Positions 17,519 through 26,575 are shown, counted from the stretch's first letter. The stretch: 39,024 bases of DNA from Deltaproteobacteria bacterium (GCA_029932035.1 JAOZQV010000001.1:1-39024), one strand, 5' to 3'. The notes: a model not told the origin generated them from the sequence alone. Numbers and translations: made by a program.

Positions 17519-18811
17519 CTACCCAGTTTCAAAAGTGAAAGTCAACTTTTTATTAACCGCCTCGAACACCCCCCTTTCTGAATCCTCAAAAAGACGCATG
17601 ACGCCAAACTGGCCATCATACCCCCCTTCACGGATCACCTGCTTACGCCGCATTCTCCCCACGGCCTCTGCAAAAACAGGCCCGCCTGCTTGTCTTAGCC
17701 TGGGCAGCGGAACATTCATCAGGATCTCAAGCTCCGGGCCTACCTGTGAAATAAGCCTTTCATAAAAGCCCGTCACTTTTTTTGTTGCAGGGCCACAGCC
17801 TAAAAGTTCTGAAAGGACTTCAGGCAAGGGGATGAGACTGACAAAATCCTTGGAAAGCAGAGGGGCATCACGGTCTGCAAGCTGGTATACCCGGTTGAGG
17901 ACACCCACGGTCAATGGTCGCCGGCATACAGGACAGAGCCCTTCCAACTCAATGGTCTCCTCCGGTTCAAGCCTTACTTTGCACTTGCGATGACCGTCTA
18001 AATGGTACTTTCCCTCCTCAGGGAAAAACTCAATGGTGCCCCCTAAGCCCCTTCCATCGGTCATAGCCCGGATCACGTGGTCATAATCCAGGTCCGTATC
18101 AAACATGTTGGCCTCCCGCCCTAACTTTCCTGGGGAGTGGGCATCGGAATTGGACACTAATACGTATCTGTCTAATGCGGAGAGGCATCGGTTCATTGGG
18201 GGATCAGAGGATAATCCGGTCTCTAAGGCGTGAATGTGGCTTGTGAGGTCCTCAAAACACTCTTCTACGGCATCGAATCCTGACTTGGATCCAAACAGGG
18301 AAAACCAGGGAGTCCAAATATGGGCAGGAATGAAAAAGGCCCTCTCATCGGTCTCTAAGGCAATCTCTAAGAGGTCCCTTGAGTCGATCCCTAAGATAGG
18401 TCTGCCGTCGGATGAGATATTTCCAATCCGGTCCAATCTTTCATTAAACCTGATGACTGAAGACATGTGGGGCATGAGGATGAGGTGATGGAGCTTTCTG
18501 GTTCTACCCCCTTTTTTATAGATACAGCTTATCTCGCCTGATAGCAGAAAACGGGTCTTATTCCGGCATGAAGGAGGCACCTCGGAGCTGATTTCCTTTT
18601 GAATCTGAGGCCTTAGCTGATAGAGTCCCTCCTCGGTCTCCATGAGCTTATCGTTGAGGTCCGAAATCCATCCGGGATGGGTGAAATCCCCTGTGCCTAT
18701 CAGGGCGATCCCCTTTTTTTGTGCCGAGATAGAAAGACGCTCAGGATCAAGGGTCTTGGAAGTGGCCCTGGAATAGTGGGAATGGATGTGGAGATCGGCA
18801 ATAAATTTCAT
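17519..18811 (-). CDS. Endonuclease Q-like PHP-domain nuclease (TIGR00375-type)
   Basis: DLHIHSHYSRA, GTGDFTHP, HHLIL, GRPILG, PAHIWTPWFSL, ETGLSSD, SNSDAHSP..LGREAN and GKYH, then a CPVC zinc-finger-like segment. This order of blocks matches archaeal/bacterial EndoQ as I remember it. Confidence 0.8.
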   Translation of the reverse strand: MKFIADLHIHSHYSRATSKTLDPERLSISAQKKGIALIGTGDFTHPGWISDLNDKLMETEEGLYQLRPQIQKEISSEVPPSCRNKTRFLLSGEISCIYKKGGRTRKLHHLILMPHMSSVIRFNERLDRIGNISSDGRPILGIDSRDLLEIALETDERAFFIPAHIWTPWFSLFGSKSGFDAVEECFEDLTSHIHALETGLSSDPPMNRCLSALDRYVLVSNSDAHSPGKLGREANMFDTDLDYDHVIRAMTDGRGLGGTIEFFPEEGKYHLDGHRKCKVRLEPEETIELEGLCPVCRRPLTVGVLNRVYQLADRDAPLLSKDFVSLIPLPEVLSELLGCGPATKKVTGFYERLISQVGPELEILMNVPLPRLRQAGGPVFAEAVGRMRRKQVIREGGYDGQFGVMRLFEDSERGVFEAVNKKLTFTFETG

Positions 18812-19308
18812 GCCCGTGTATTTGAATCTGAATGGATTTCATCGAAGACGCGGTTTGAAACTTCAGCTACTTTTTCCTTATCCACAACCGGTATTTGCCT
18901 TATCATACTGTTGATTTCTTCTTCGCTTCTATTGATACTTTGCGCAATCATAGCGGGTGAGATCTCTTCTTCAGGGATAGCCGTGCCGCACACCACAACA
19001 GAGCCCATGAATTCCCCATCCGAAAACACGGGGATCATGCATTTGGACATGCTTGCTTCGCAAGCGACAATCACGGGTCTTTGTGTTTCCTTCGCCTCCT
19101 TTGCCATGAATTTTTGTGTCTTTGCACATATCCCTATCAACGATTCTTTATTGGCTCGAATCTCTTTACAAAGCTCGTGTCGTTCCCCGCTTTCCTGAAG
19201 AACGAAGCTGTGCGGGTCGACAAGGGCTGTCGGCATACTAAGCGCCTCGCAGAGATCATCCAAGATTTGTTGCCATTCCTCCTCGGACTTGATGTGGAAT
19301 AAATTCAT
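18808..19308 (-). CDS. Stand-alone PocR sensory-domain protein
   Basis: About 166 aa with the PocR-like Cys pattern and ...MIPVFSDGEFMGSVVVCG. Start at ATG 19308 with SD ggaggcaaca. The stop overlaps the EndoQ-like start (ATGA). Confidence 0.65.
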   Translation of the reverse strand: MNLFHIKSEEEWQQILDDLCEALSMPTALVDPHSFVLQESGERHELCKEIRANKESLIGICAKTQKFMAKEAKETQRPVIVACEASMSKCMIPVFSDGEFMGSVVVCGTAIPEEEISPAMIAQSINRSEEEINSMIRQIPVVDKEKVAEVSNRVFDEIHSDSNTRA

Positions 19309-19374
19309 TGTTGCCTCCATTTGGTTAGTGCCCATCCATAAATCGCAATTTTCCGCAATCTCAGCGTCAGACTC

Positions 19375-19395
19375 AATCCCGCCAACGGCGGGATT
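19375..19395. repeat. Perfect 9-bp-stem hairpin aatcccgcc-aac-ggcgggatt
   Basis: Read directly from the sequence. It lies 67 nt upstream of the PocR-domain gene's start. No T-tract on either side. It shares its core with the hairpin at 20177..20197. Confidence 0.7.
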
Positions 19396-19550
19396 AATCC
19401 TCGAAATACTCTAATGTATTCCTGTGGTTAAAATCCACATCTTTCTTGACCTTGCGAAAACTATCTCATTTCTGGATGGACACTTGTCAATTTTACCTCA
19501 GATAAGGAACATATGCGAATAGGAGCCGAACGTCAACAATGGATCGGGGT

Positions 19551-20123
19551 TTAATGTCTGAAAAAGGGATTATGTTTTCTCTCTGTGCCGATAGTAGTGT
19601 GCGGTCCGTGTCCCGGATATACCCTCAAATCATCTCCGAGGGGAAAGATTTTTTCCTTGACGCCCTGCAGTAATTCATGATGGTTGCCGCCGGGGAAATC
19701 GGTCCTTCCAATGGACCCGGCGAACAGGGTATCTCCTGTGAAAATCACTCCCGGTGCATAAAAGCAAACCCCGCCCGGAGAGTGGCCAGGCGTGTGGATC
19801 ACAGATATTTTAAATTCCCCCAAATGGATCTCCTGGGCCTCGACAAGATGGCCGTCGGGCTCGAACCCCAGACCGTTTGAATCGAGGGCGTGGATCAATA
19901 CAGGGGCCCCGGTAATTTTTTTCAACTCCTTTGCCCCGCCAACGTGATCTATATGCCCGTGGGTAATCAGGATATAACGGATCTTGAGTCCCAAACCCGA
20001 TATCTCCTTTACAATACGGAATACCTCATCACCGGGGTCTATCACAAGACCCTCTTTTGTTTCTTTTTGTCCCAAAATGTAACAATTCGATTGATAGGGC
20101 CCAACTACTAATTGTCTAAGCAT
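19551..20123 (-). CDS. MBL-fold metallo-hydrolase (glyoxalase II-like)
   Basis: ITHGHIDHVGG (HxHxDH), HTPGHSPG, a later GD, and the final PGHG. SD gaggagga. Confidence 0.85.
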   Translation of the reverse strand: MLRQLVVGPYQSNCYILGQKETKEGLVIDPGDEVFRIVKEISGLGLKIRYILITHGHIDHVGGAKELKKITGAPVLIHALDSNGLGFEPDGHLVEAQEIHLGEFKISVIHTPGHSPGGVCFYAPGVIFTGDTLFAGSIGRTDFPGGNHHELLQGVKEKIFPLGDDLRVYPGHGPHTTIGTERKHNPFFRH

Positions 20124-20176
20124 TGTTCCTCCTCAAGGTTAAATTCTCTGTTTTCCTTCGTCACTCGTCACTCCTT

Positions 20177-20197
20177 GATCCCGCTGTAAGCGGGATT
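20177..20197. repeat. Hairpin (g)atcccgc-tgtaa-gcgggat(t), with an adjacent tcgtcac x2 micro-tandem (20158-20171)
   Basis: Read directly from the sequence. It lies between the radical-SAM stop and the MBL start, about 55 nt upstream of the MBL ATG. Confidence 0.65.
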
Positions 20198-20276
20198 ATT
20201 ATTACACTGGCAACTAACATCTTTCTTCAACAATCGAGTATCGAACCGCCGAGTCCCGAATTACGAATGTTTACTT

Positions 20277-22040
20277 CTATTTTGCTTCGCCGCACACCCC
20301 GCAACGATAACACTCACCTACGCGGCAGATATCCGATTCCTCTCCCTTCAGGGCCAGGTTACGTTCTCTAATCAGATGCCTTTTTGAAATGCCATGATCA
20401 ATGAAGTCCCACGGAAGCAACTCCTCAATTCCCTTTGGGCGATATACAAAAAAGTCCGGATTAATATCAGAAAACCTCAGGGCCTTGGTCCAGTTCCCAC
20501 CGAATTTATGGGCTGACAACAGGATAGATCCAACCCTTCTATCTCCCATGGAAAGGAGCGTCTGGACGTAGGCCCATTTCGGGATATCCGAGCTCACATC
20601 AATACCCCCGACCTTACCCAATGACTTCTTCAACCATTTCTGTTTCTTCTTGAGGGATACCAATTCCTCCATGGGAAACCACTGGAACGGCGTAAAAGCC
20701 TTCGGAACAAAGCAGTTCACGCTAAGCTTGATTCGGCCTATCCTCCCCCTCTCAGCAGATTCTCTGACCATATAGTGTTTGATTCCCTTTACAAGTTCCG
20801 TGATCTCGCTTATATCATCGGCCGTTTCAGTGGGAAGACCGATGAGAAAGTATAGCTTGATAGAAAAATCCCCGGTCCTGGAAATCATGCGGACAGTGTC
20901 AATGATTTGATCTCTTGTAAGGCGCTTATTTATTGCCTTTCGAAGCCTTTCAGAGCCGGCTTCCGGAGCTATGGTTATCGTTTTCTGATTAGACGATTTC
21001 AGTTTGTCAAGGAGCCCCTGTGTCAGGGTCTCTGCCCTCAGGGATGAGACAGAAAAGGAGCCTCCCCTCTCGACGATCATTGCCATCAGATCTTCTATGC
21101 CGGGTGTATCCGATACTGCGGGACTCAGGAGACCTATCTGATGGGATCGCTCCATTGCCTTGAGAACGGATGCGCGCAGCCGGGACTCCTCATAGACTCT
21201 TGGAGGGCGATAGGCATAGCCCGCAGCACAAAAGCGGCACGAATGTCCACATCCCCTCCCCAACTCGATCAGGACCTTGTTACCAAATTCCGTATCCGGA
21301 GTAGTAATGTCCGAAATTGGCATCCTTTGTTCAGAGAACCCGCCTTCGGCAGAACAGGCCACCCTGATTTTTTCAGGGACCTGATCTCCTGCCGGGATAA
21401 ATGCCTTAAGGGTGCCATCTTTATGGTATTCAGCCTGGTAAAGACGGGGAGCGTAAAGGCTATGTATATTCTTAGCCAAATTGGCAATGAACTCTTCTTT
21501 TGTAGCGTTGTCAGTACTGAACTCCGAAAAAAGGTCTATGAATTCATTTAAATTGGCCTCAGCCTCACCCAACAGAAAGAAATCCACAAAGGGAGATAAT
21601 GGCTCCGGGTTCAGAAAAGTGGTAATTCCCCCTGCCATAATAAGGGGTTTGAGGTCTGACCTTTCCTCTGCGGAGAGGGGAATCCCGGCTAATTCTAAGA
21701 TATGTAGGACATTGGGGTAGTCATTTTCAAAGGAGAGAGAGAAGGCCACAAGGTCAAACTCATAGAGTGGGGTCTGCGATTCCAAGGAGAGGAGCGGCTT
21801 TCCCGACCGAAGGTAGAGGGACATTTCTTGACCCTCGGGCAGAAAAGTACGCTCTGCAACAACATGGCGTTTTTCGTTTAAAAGGTGGTAAACAATCTGG
21901 AACCCCAAGTTTGACATGCCCAAGCGGTAGTAGTTAGGGTATATAAGGGCAATCGACAGCTTACCGCCCCAATCCTTTATTACAGCTCCCTTTTCCTCCG
22001 CAAGCCGGGCTCGATAGAGGGAAATGATGTCGCTTGACAC
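20277..22040 (-). CDS. B12-binding-domain radical SAM protein (TIGR03960-like)
   Basis: 587 aa. CGHSCRFC (CxxxCxxC) lies after an N-terminal B12-binding-like domain. C-terminal Cys cluster CRVGECYRCGVC. Apparent GTG start. Confidence 0.8.
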   Translation of the reverse strand: MSSDIISLYRARLAEEKGAVIKDWGGKLSIALIYPNYYRLGMSNLGFQIVYHLLNEKRHVVAERTFLPEGQEMSLYLRSGKPLLSLESQTPLYEFDLVAFSLSFENDYPNVLHILELAGIPLSAEERSDLKPLIMAGGITTFLNPEPLSPFVDFFLLGEAEANLNEFIDLFSEFSTDNATKEEFIANLAKNIHSLYAPRLYQAEYHKDGTLKAFIPAGDQVPEKIRVACSAEGGFSEQRMPISDITTPDTEFGNKVLIELGRGCGHSCRFCAAGYAYRPPRVYEESRLRASVLKAMERSHQIGLLSPAVSDTPGIEDLMAMIVERGGSFSVSSLRAETLTQGLLDKLKSSNQKTITIAPEAGSERLRKAINKRLTRDQIIDTVRMISRTGDFSIKLYFLIGLPTETADDISEITELVKGIKHYMVRESAERGRIGRIKLSVNCFVPKAFTPFQWFPMEELVSLKKKQKWLKKSLGKVGGIDVSSDIPKWAYVQTLLSMGDRRVGSILLSAHKFGGNWTKALRFSDINPDFFVYRPKGIEELLPWDFIDHGISKRHLIRERNLALKGEESDICRVGECYRCGVCGEAK

Positions 22041-22075
22041 GTCTCAATTTACCTTCACGGGTTCATCTGTAAATA

Positions 22076-22150
22076 GGTTGTTTAGGCTGTAGACTATTAG
22101 GCTATTAGGCTCCTATCAGCCTTCAGTCTGTCCCCTGCTACCTTAGGCTC
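22076..22150. repeat. ~70-bp dispersed intergenic repeat, copy 1 (ftsZ | radical SAM junction)
   Basis: ggttgtttaggctgtagactattaggctattaggctcctatcagccttcagtctgtcccctgctaccttaggctc. It aligns by eye with 26576..26643 and 32970..33040. Confidence 0.85.
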
Positions 22151-22195
22151 AAAGTTCAGGGAAATTCAGGCAAACAATAGGCAGCCCAGACCGAA

Positions 22196-23467
22196 TCAAT
22201 CGGCTTTCGCTCGCAGAAAGGTTGGATACTCCAGATTTTCCTTTATACGGAATCTGTCGAAAAACCCCCTTTTCTCGCGTTTGCACGGCTTTGCCTCCAA
22301 TGAATCAGGCAGACCCTTTCCATCCCTTAAAAAGGTAGGCGTGTCAAGGTTCACGCCATTCTTCCTCACCGTCCAGTCCTCCTCAACATCTTCAGAGGTT
22401 ACATCTCTTAGCCTGACCACATTATCATAATCCTGGGTCGGGGCCTCAGTCGCATCTTTAACAACGGCCTTGAGATAATTCCGACCCTTCTCTTTAGAAT
22501 TGCCATCTATCCCGGTGGCGATAACTGTCACCTGGACCTCATCCTCTAAGTCATCGTCAAGGACCATGCCCCAAAAGATCTCCGCATCATCATTCACTTC
22601 GTTTTTAATGTAGTTGGAGGCCTCTTCAACCTCTTCCATGGTCATGTCGGCTGGTCCGGTTATATTCATGAGAAGTCCTTTTGCCCCATCAATGGAGATG
22701 TCCTCTAAGAGAGGGCTATTTATGGCGTTCTGCGCGGCTTCGCATGCCCTGTTATCTCCGCTTGCCTTACCCATCCCCATGAGAGCGGTTCCCATCTGTT
22801 CCATCACCTTTTTCACATCGGCAAAATCAAGATTAATAAAGCCGCGGCTCATGATCAGATCTGAAATTCCCTTGACCGCCTGGAGGAGAACATCATCGGC
22901 CTTTACGAAAAGCTCCTTGAGAGGCGTAGCTGTATCACCCAAGCTCTTGAGGCGTTCATTGGGAATAACAATCAGGCTGTCGACCTGATTCTTGAGGGCC
23001 TCGATGCCCTCCATAGCCCTCTGCATTCGCGGTTCTCCCTCAAACTTGAAGGGCTTTGTCACAACAGCCACCGTTAAAGCCCCGTTTTCCCTGCTCTCAC
23101 GGGCCGCAACAGGAGCAGCTCCAGTCCCTGTTCCCCCTCCCATCCCTGCCGCTATGAAAACCATATCTGATTTATCCAATGCATCTCTGATTTCGGTAAT
23201 GCTTTCCTCTGCTGAAGTCCTGCCGATGTCAGGATCTGCCCCCGCTCCAAGGCCCATGGTGATGGAAGGGCCTAATTGGATCTTGTGAGAGCATAAAGAT
23301 TGTTCAATATCCTGGGAGTCAGTATTTGCCACAACAAAATCAACTCCCATCAGGTTTGAACTAATCATGTTGTTAATCGCATTGCCCCCAGCTCCTCCGA
23401 GACCCAACACCTTTATCCTGGCGTTGTAGCTCCCCTTTTCTACCTCATCGATGAACTCGAATTTCAT
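22196..23467 (-). CDS. ftsZ: Cell division GTPase FtsZ
   Basis: Tubulin signature GGGTGTGAAPV, NTDSQ, and a conserved C-terminal peptide (YPTFLR). SD aaggggga. Confidence 0.97.
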   Translation of the reverse strand: MKFEFIDEVEKGSYNARIKVLGLGGAGGNAINNMISSNLMGVDFVVANTDSQDIEQSLCSHKIQLGPSITMGLGAGADPDIGRTSAEESITEIRDALDKSDMVFIAAGMGGGTGTGAAPVAARESRENGALTVAVVTKPFKFEGEPRMQRAMEGIEALKNQVDSLIVIPNERLKSLGDTATPLKELFVKADDVLLQAVKGISDLIMSRGFINLDFADVKKVMEQMGTALMGMGKASGDNRACEAAQNAINSPLLEDISIDGAKGLLMNITGPADMTMEEVEEASNYIKNEVNDDAEIFWGMVLDDDLEDEVQVTVIATGIDGNSKEKGRNYLKAVVKDATEAPTQDYDNVVRLRDVTSEDVEEDWTVRKNGVNLDTPTFLRDGKGLPDSLEAKPCKREKRGFFDRFRIKENLEYPTFLRAKAD

Positions 23468-23514
23468 AATGTCCCCCTTTCTTGTGATTAATTAATTGTA
23501 AATCCCCAAATTCA

Positions 23515-24738
23515 TCAAACAATATCCTTAAACCACTTTTTCATCCTTGACATAACAAGGTGAAAAATATTTGCATCCCTTATTCGAAATTTTCGCTTTC
23601 TCTTGCTTACTTTGGCGCCATAGAGGACAAGACCCACGGCCGTGGCGTACATCGGCGTGTTGACAAGGTCTGCCAGTCCTGTTATCCCCTCGGGATATCC
23701 TACTCGAGCCGGAGCATTGAATACCTGCTCTGCTATTTCGCTTACTCCTGAAAGCTCTGCAGATCCCCCTGTCACAACAACTCCCGAACCGGCCCTCTCC
23801 TGGTAGCCTGAACGGGCAAGCTCGCCGTAGATCAGGGTAAAAATCTCTTCCACCCTCGGCTCCAAGATCTCTCCTAAAATTTGCCGGGAAAGGGTCCTCG
23901 GCTTTCTTCCCCCTACGCCAGGCACTTCTATGATCTCGTCCCTGCCGATCAGAGATGAAAGCGCGCACCCATATTTTATCTTGATCTTTTCCGCATCCAA
24001 CTTGGGCGTCCTCAAGCCCACAGCAATATCATAAGTCAGGTTGTCCCCGCCTAAGGCCAGAACCGAAGTGTGCTTGATAGCGCCCCTGGAAAATAGCGCC
24101 ATATCGGTCGTCCCCCCGCCAAAGTCGATCAGGGCCGCTCCAATATTGCGCTCCTCCTTTGTAAGAACTGCCTCGCTCGACGCTAAAGACTCGAGCACTA
24201 TATCGTAGACATCAAGTCCTGCCTTATTGGCGCATTTTATAATGTTTTGCGCGGATGTGACCGCGCCTGTCACTATATGAACCTTAGCCTCTAAGCGAAC
24301 ACCGGCCATCCCAAGGGGGTCCATAATGCCGTCCTGGTCATCAACTATGAACTCCTGAACAAGGGTATGTATAACCTCTCGGTCCATGGGAATGGCAACC
24401 GCGCTTGCGGCCTCAATAACCCGGTCGATATCCTTTTTGGTTACCTCCTTTTCTTTCAGGGCGATCACTCCCGGGGTGTTAAATCCCTTTATGTGACCTC
24501 CGGCTATACCGGCATAAACCGAACTTATTTCACACCCGGCCATGGTCTCTGCTTCCTCTATCGCTTCCTTAATGGAATTGACAGTATGCTCTATATTAAT
24601 CACTACGCCTTTTCTTAAGCCCTCAGAAGGATGGCTTCCCATGCCGATTATCTCTACCCCATCAAGGCTAACATCTCCCACTATTGCACAGATCTTGGTA
24701 GTCCCGATATCCAGGCCTACAATTATATCCCCTGCCAT
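23515..24738 (-). CDS. ftsA: Cell division protein FtsA
   Basis: Actin-fold motifs DIGTTKICAIV and DFGGGTTD. C-terminal amphipathic helix. Position between ftsQ and ftsZ. Confidence 0.95.
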   Translation of the reverse strand: MAGDIIVGLDIGTTKICAIVGDVSLDGVEIIGMGSHPSEGLRKGVVINIEHTVNSIKEAIEEAETMAGCEISSVYAGIAGGHIKGFNTPGVIALKEKEVTKKDIDRVIEAASAVAIPMDREVIHTLVQEFIVDDQDGIMDPLGMAGVRLEAKVHIVTGAVTSAQNIIKCANKAGLDVYDIVLESLASSEAVLTKEERNIGAALIDFGGGTTDMALFSRGAIKHTSVLALGGDNLTYDIAVGLRTPKLDAEKIKIKYGCALSSLIGRDEIIEVPGVGGRKPRTLSRQILGEILEPRVEEIFTLIYGELARSGYQERAGSGVVVTGGSAELSGVSEIAEQVFNAPARVGYPEGITGLADLVNTPMYATAVGLVLYGAKVSKRKRKFRIRDANIFHLVMSRMKKWFKDIV

Positions 24739-24822
24739 TGCCTCGTTACCTCACTCCGCACATGTCGCACAGCGCATGACGAATAGAAGGGATCGTCGCG
24801 CTCTGCTCCACACGGATGTCTG

Positions 24823-25644
24823 TTAGCTGTTTCTGAAAGAGACCACTGCTCCATCCTCATAGTTGAGATTAATATGTGTTACGGCGTCAATCTTTCCCGA
24901 CTGGTTCAGATGTTCAGCCACCTTTTTTAACCCATCCATTTTGTCGCCCAATTCGTTCCACATGAATGTGATCTCTGCTCTCAGATGATTGAAATAGAGC
25001 GATATTTCCCCATCTTTTTTGAGATGGATCTCCGAAACTTTCTCCAATGACCAGAGATCATCTTCTGACTTCAAAACAGTGATGACATGCATAGTCTTGT
25101 CCAATTGCTCCTGGGCCCTTGAGCTGTTTTTGGAAAGGCCTGTAATGATCGGAAAATCGTTGTCGTCCGTTCCAGAAACCGTCTTGAATATTTCGCCCCA
25201 TCGATTCACGTAGTAAAATCGATCTGTAAGCGCTAATGCTGCGGGAACCTGCTTTTCCGCCTCAACAATAAGTGTATGGGGGAAACGCCTTTCCAATTTA
25301 ACCGAGCGGATCCAGAGGTGCTCCTCCATTCTTTTCTTCAATTTGTTAAGGTTGAGACCCAACAAGCTCTGCTCAGAATTCAAGCCACACATCTCAATCA
25401 GGTCATTCCTTATCTCTTCATCAACTCCTTTTATATTAACCTGCTCAAGCTTCATATAGGGAGACGTAAGCAGATAATGGTAAATAGATAAAAAGGATAA
25501 ACTCACGGCAGCTATAACGGCGACGAAAAGGAACACCTTCAAAACCCCTGAACCAATCCGTTGGATTACGCCAAATACCGCAAAAACAGCCCGCTCTCGT
25601 TTTTCCCTGAGAGATCGCTTTGTCAAAATGGCCCGCTTTTTCAT
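24823..25644 (-). CDS. ftsQ: Cell division protein FtsQ (POTRA domain)
   Basis: Single N-terminal TM helix, then a POTRA-like region (LEQVNIKGVDE...). Position in the dcw cluster. ATGA overlap with the murB stop. Confidence 0.85.
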   Translation of the reverse strand: MKKRAILTKRSLREKRERAVFAVFGVIQRIGSGVLKVFLFVAVIAAVSLSFLSIYHYLLTSPYMKLEQVNIKGVDEEIRNDLIEMCGLNSEQSLLGLNLNKLKKRMEEHLWIRSVKLERRFPHTLIVEAEKQVPAALALTDRFYYVNRWGEIFKTVSGTDDNDFPIITGLSKNSSRAQEQLDKTMHVITVLKSEDDLWSLEKVSEIHLKKDGEISLYFNHLRAEITFMWNELGDKMDGLKKVAEHLNQSGKIDAVTHINLNYEDGAVVSFRNS

Positions 25645-26564
25645 GGCTCCGTTTCACCCCCGACCACTTTAATCTCGAGTTCCAATTGCACGCCAGCCGT
25701 TTTTCTGACCTCCTCCCGGGCCAAATTGATAAGGGTTAGGATATCCATTGCTGTAGCGCCGCCCTTATTGACAATGAAGTTGGCATGCTTATTTGAAATC
25801 ATAGCCCCGCCTATTCTTTTTCCCTTCAATCCAGCCCGTTCGATAAGCAGACCGGCATAATCGTTGAGCGGGTTTTTGAATATAGATCCGGCGCTTGGAT
25901 ATTCGCGGGGTTGAGTCTCCTTTCGTTTCCTGAGGCAGCCTGCAATCTTCGCTGACACGGTTTCCGGAGTATCCCGGTCCAATCGAAAAAGGACATTGGT
26001 GATGACAACCCCTGCTTCCAAATTTAAGTCACGGTATGAAAACCTGAGTTGGGACCGATCTCTTACAGTCAGTTGCCCACGTTGGCTGACAAGCCTGATC
26101 TCCCGGACCCTGGGGCCTATCTCCTCCCCAAAGGCCCCTGCATTCATCGCTATAGCTCCCCCGACAGTGCCAGGTATACCTGCCAGAAACTCTAATCCTG
26201 ATACACCTTCCTCCCGGCACCATATCAAGAGATCCACAATCGACAGGCCTGCCCCGGCTAATATATTCGAAGAATCGGATTCCTCATATTCTATATCAGC
26301 GAAGGCCCCGGCAAGGAGAATTACTACTCCTCCAATCCCTCCATCCTTGACCAGCAGATTGCTCCCCCTCCCTGCCACTAAGTAGGGTATCCCTTCGTTG
26401 ACAAGGAAGGATACCACTCTCGAAAGTCCTTCCGGGTCACTTGCTTCATAGACAGCTTCAGCGTTTCCCCCAACCCGGAAGGTAGTGTGCCGGCTCATGG
26501 GAAAATCAAAACCGATTTGCCGGCCAGCTATTCGAAGCAGTTCCGTTTTCTGCCGTTCATCCAT
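25641..26564 (-). CDS. murB: UDP-N-acetylenolpyruvoylglucosamine reductase MurB
   Basis: FAD-binding blocks TFRVGG and GRGSNLLV. C-terminal SAGSIFKNP and GGAMISNKHANFIVN. Confidence 0.93.
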   Translation of the reverse strand: MDERQKTELLRIAGRQIGFDFPMSRHTTFRVGGNAEAVYEASDPEGLSRVVSFLVNEGIPYLVAGRGSNLLVKDGGIGGVVILLAGAFADIEYEESDSSNILAGAGLSIVDLLIWCREEGVSGLEFLAGIPGTVGGAIAMNAGAFGEEIGPRVREIRLVSQRGQLTVRDRSQLRFSYRDLNLEAGVVITNVLFRLDRDTPETVSAKIAGCLRKRKETQPREYPSAGSIFKNPLNDYAGLLIERAGLKGKRIGGAMISNKHANFIVNKGGATAMDILTLINLAREEVRKTAGVQLELEIKVVGGETEP

Positions 26565-26575
26565 GTCTCAAGTTA

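Noticed and set aside
20231-20260. tRNA T-arm-like string on the minus strand (ggcggttcgatactcg), considered as a tRNA or tRNA-fragment att site.
   Set aside because: The flanking bases cannot form the T-stem (ggcgg against ctcga). No acceptor or anticodon arms can be drawn.
23528-23968. 146-aa same-strand, alternative-frame ORF inside ftsA.
   Set aside because: The product is Arg/Gly-rich and looks like frame-shift noise. It lies fully embedded in a conserved part of ftsA, with no start context.
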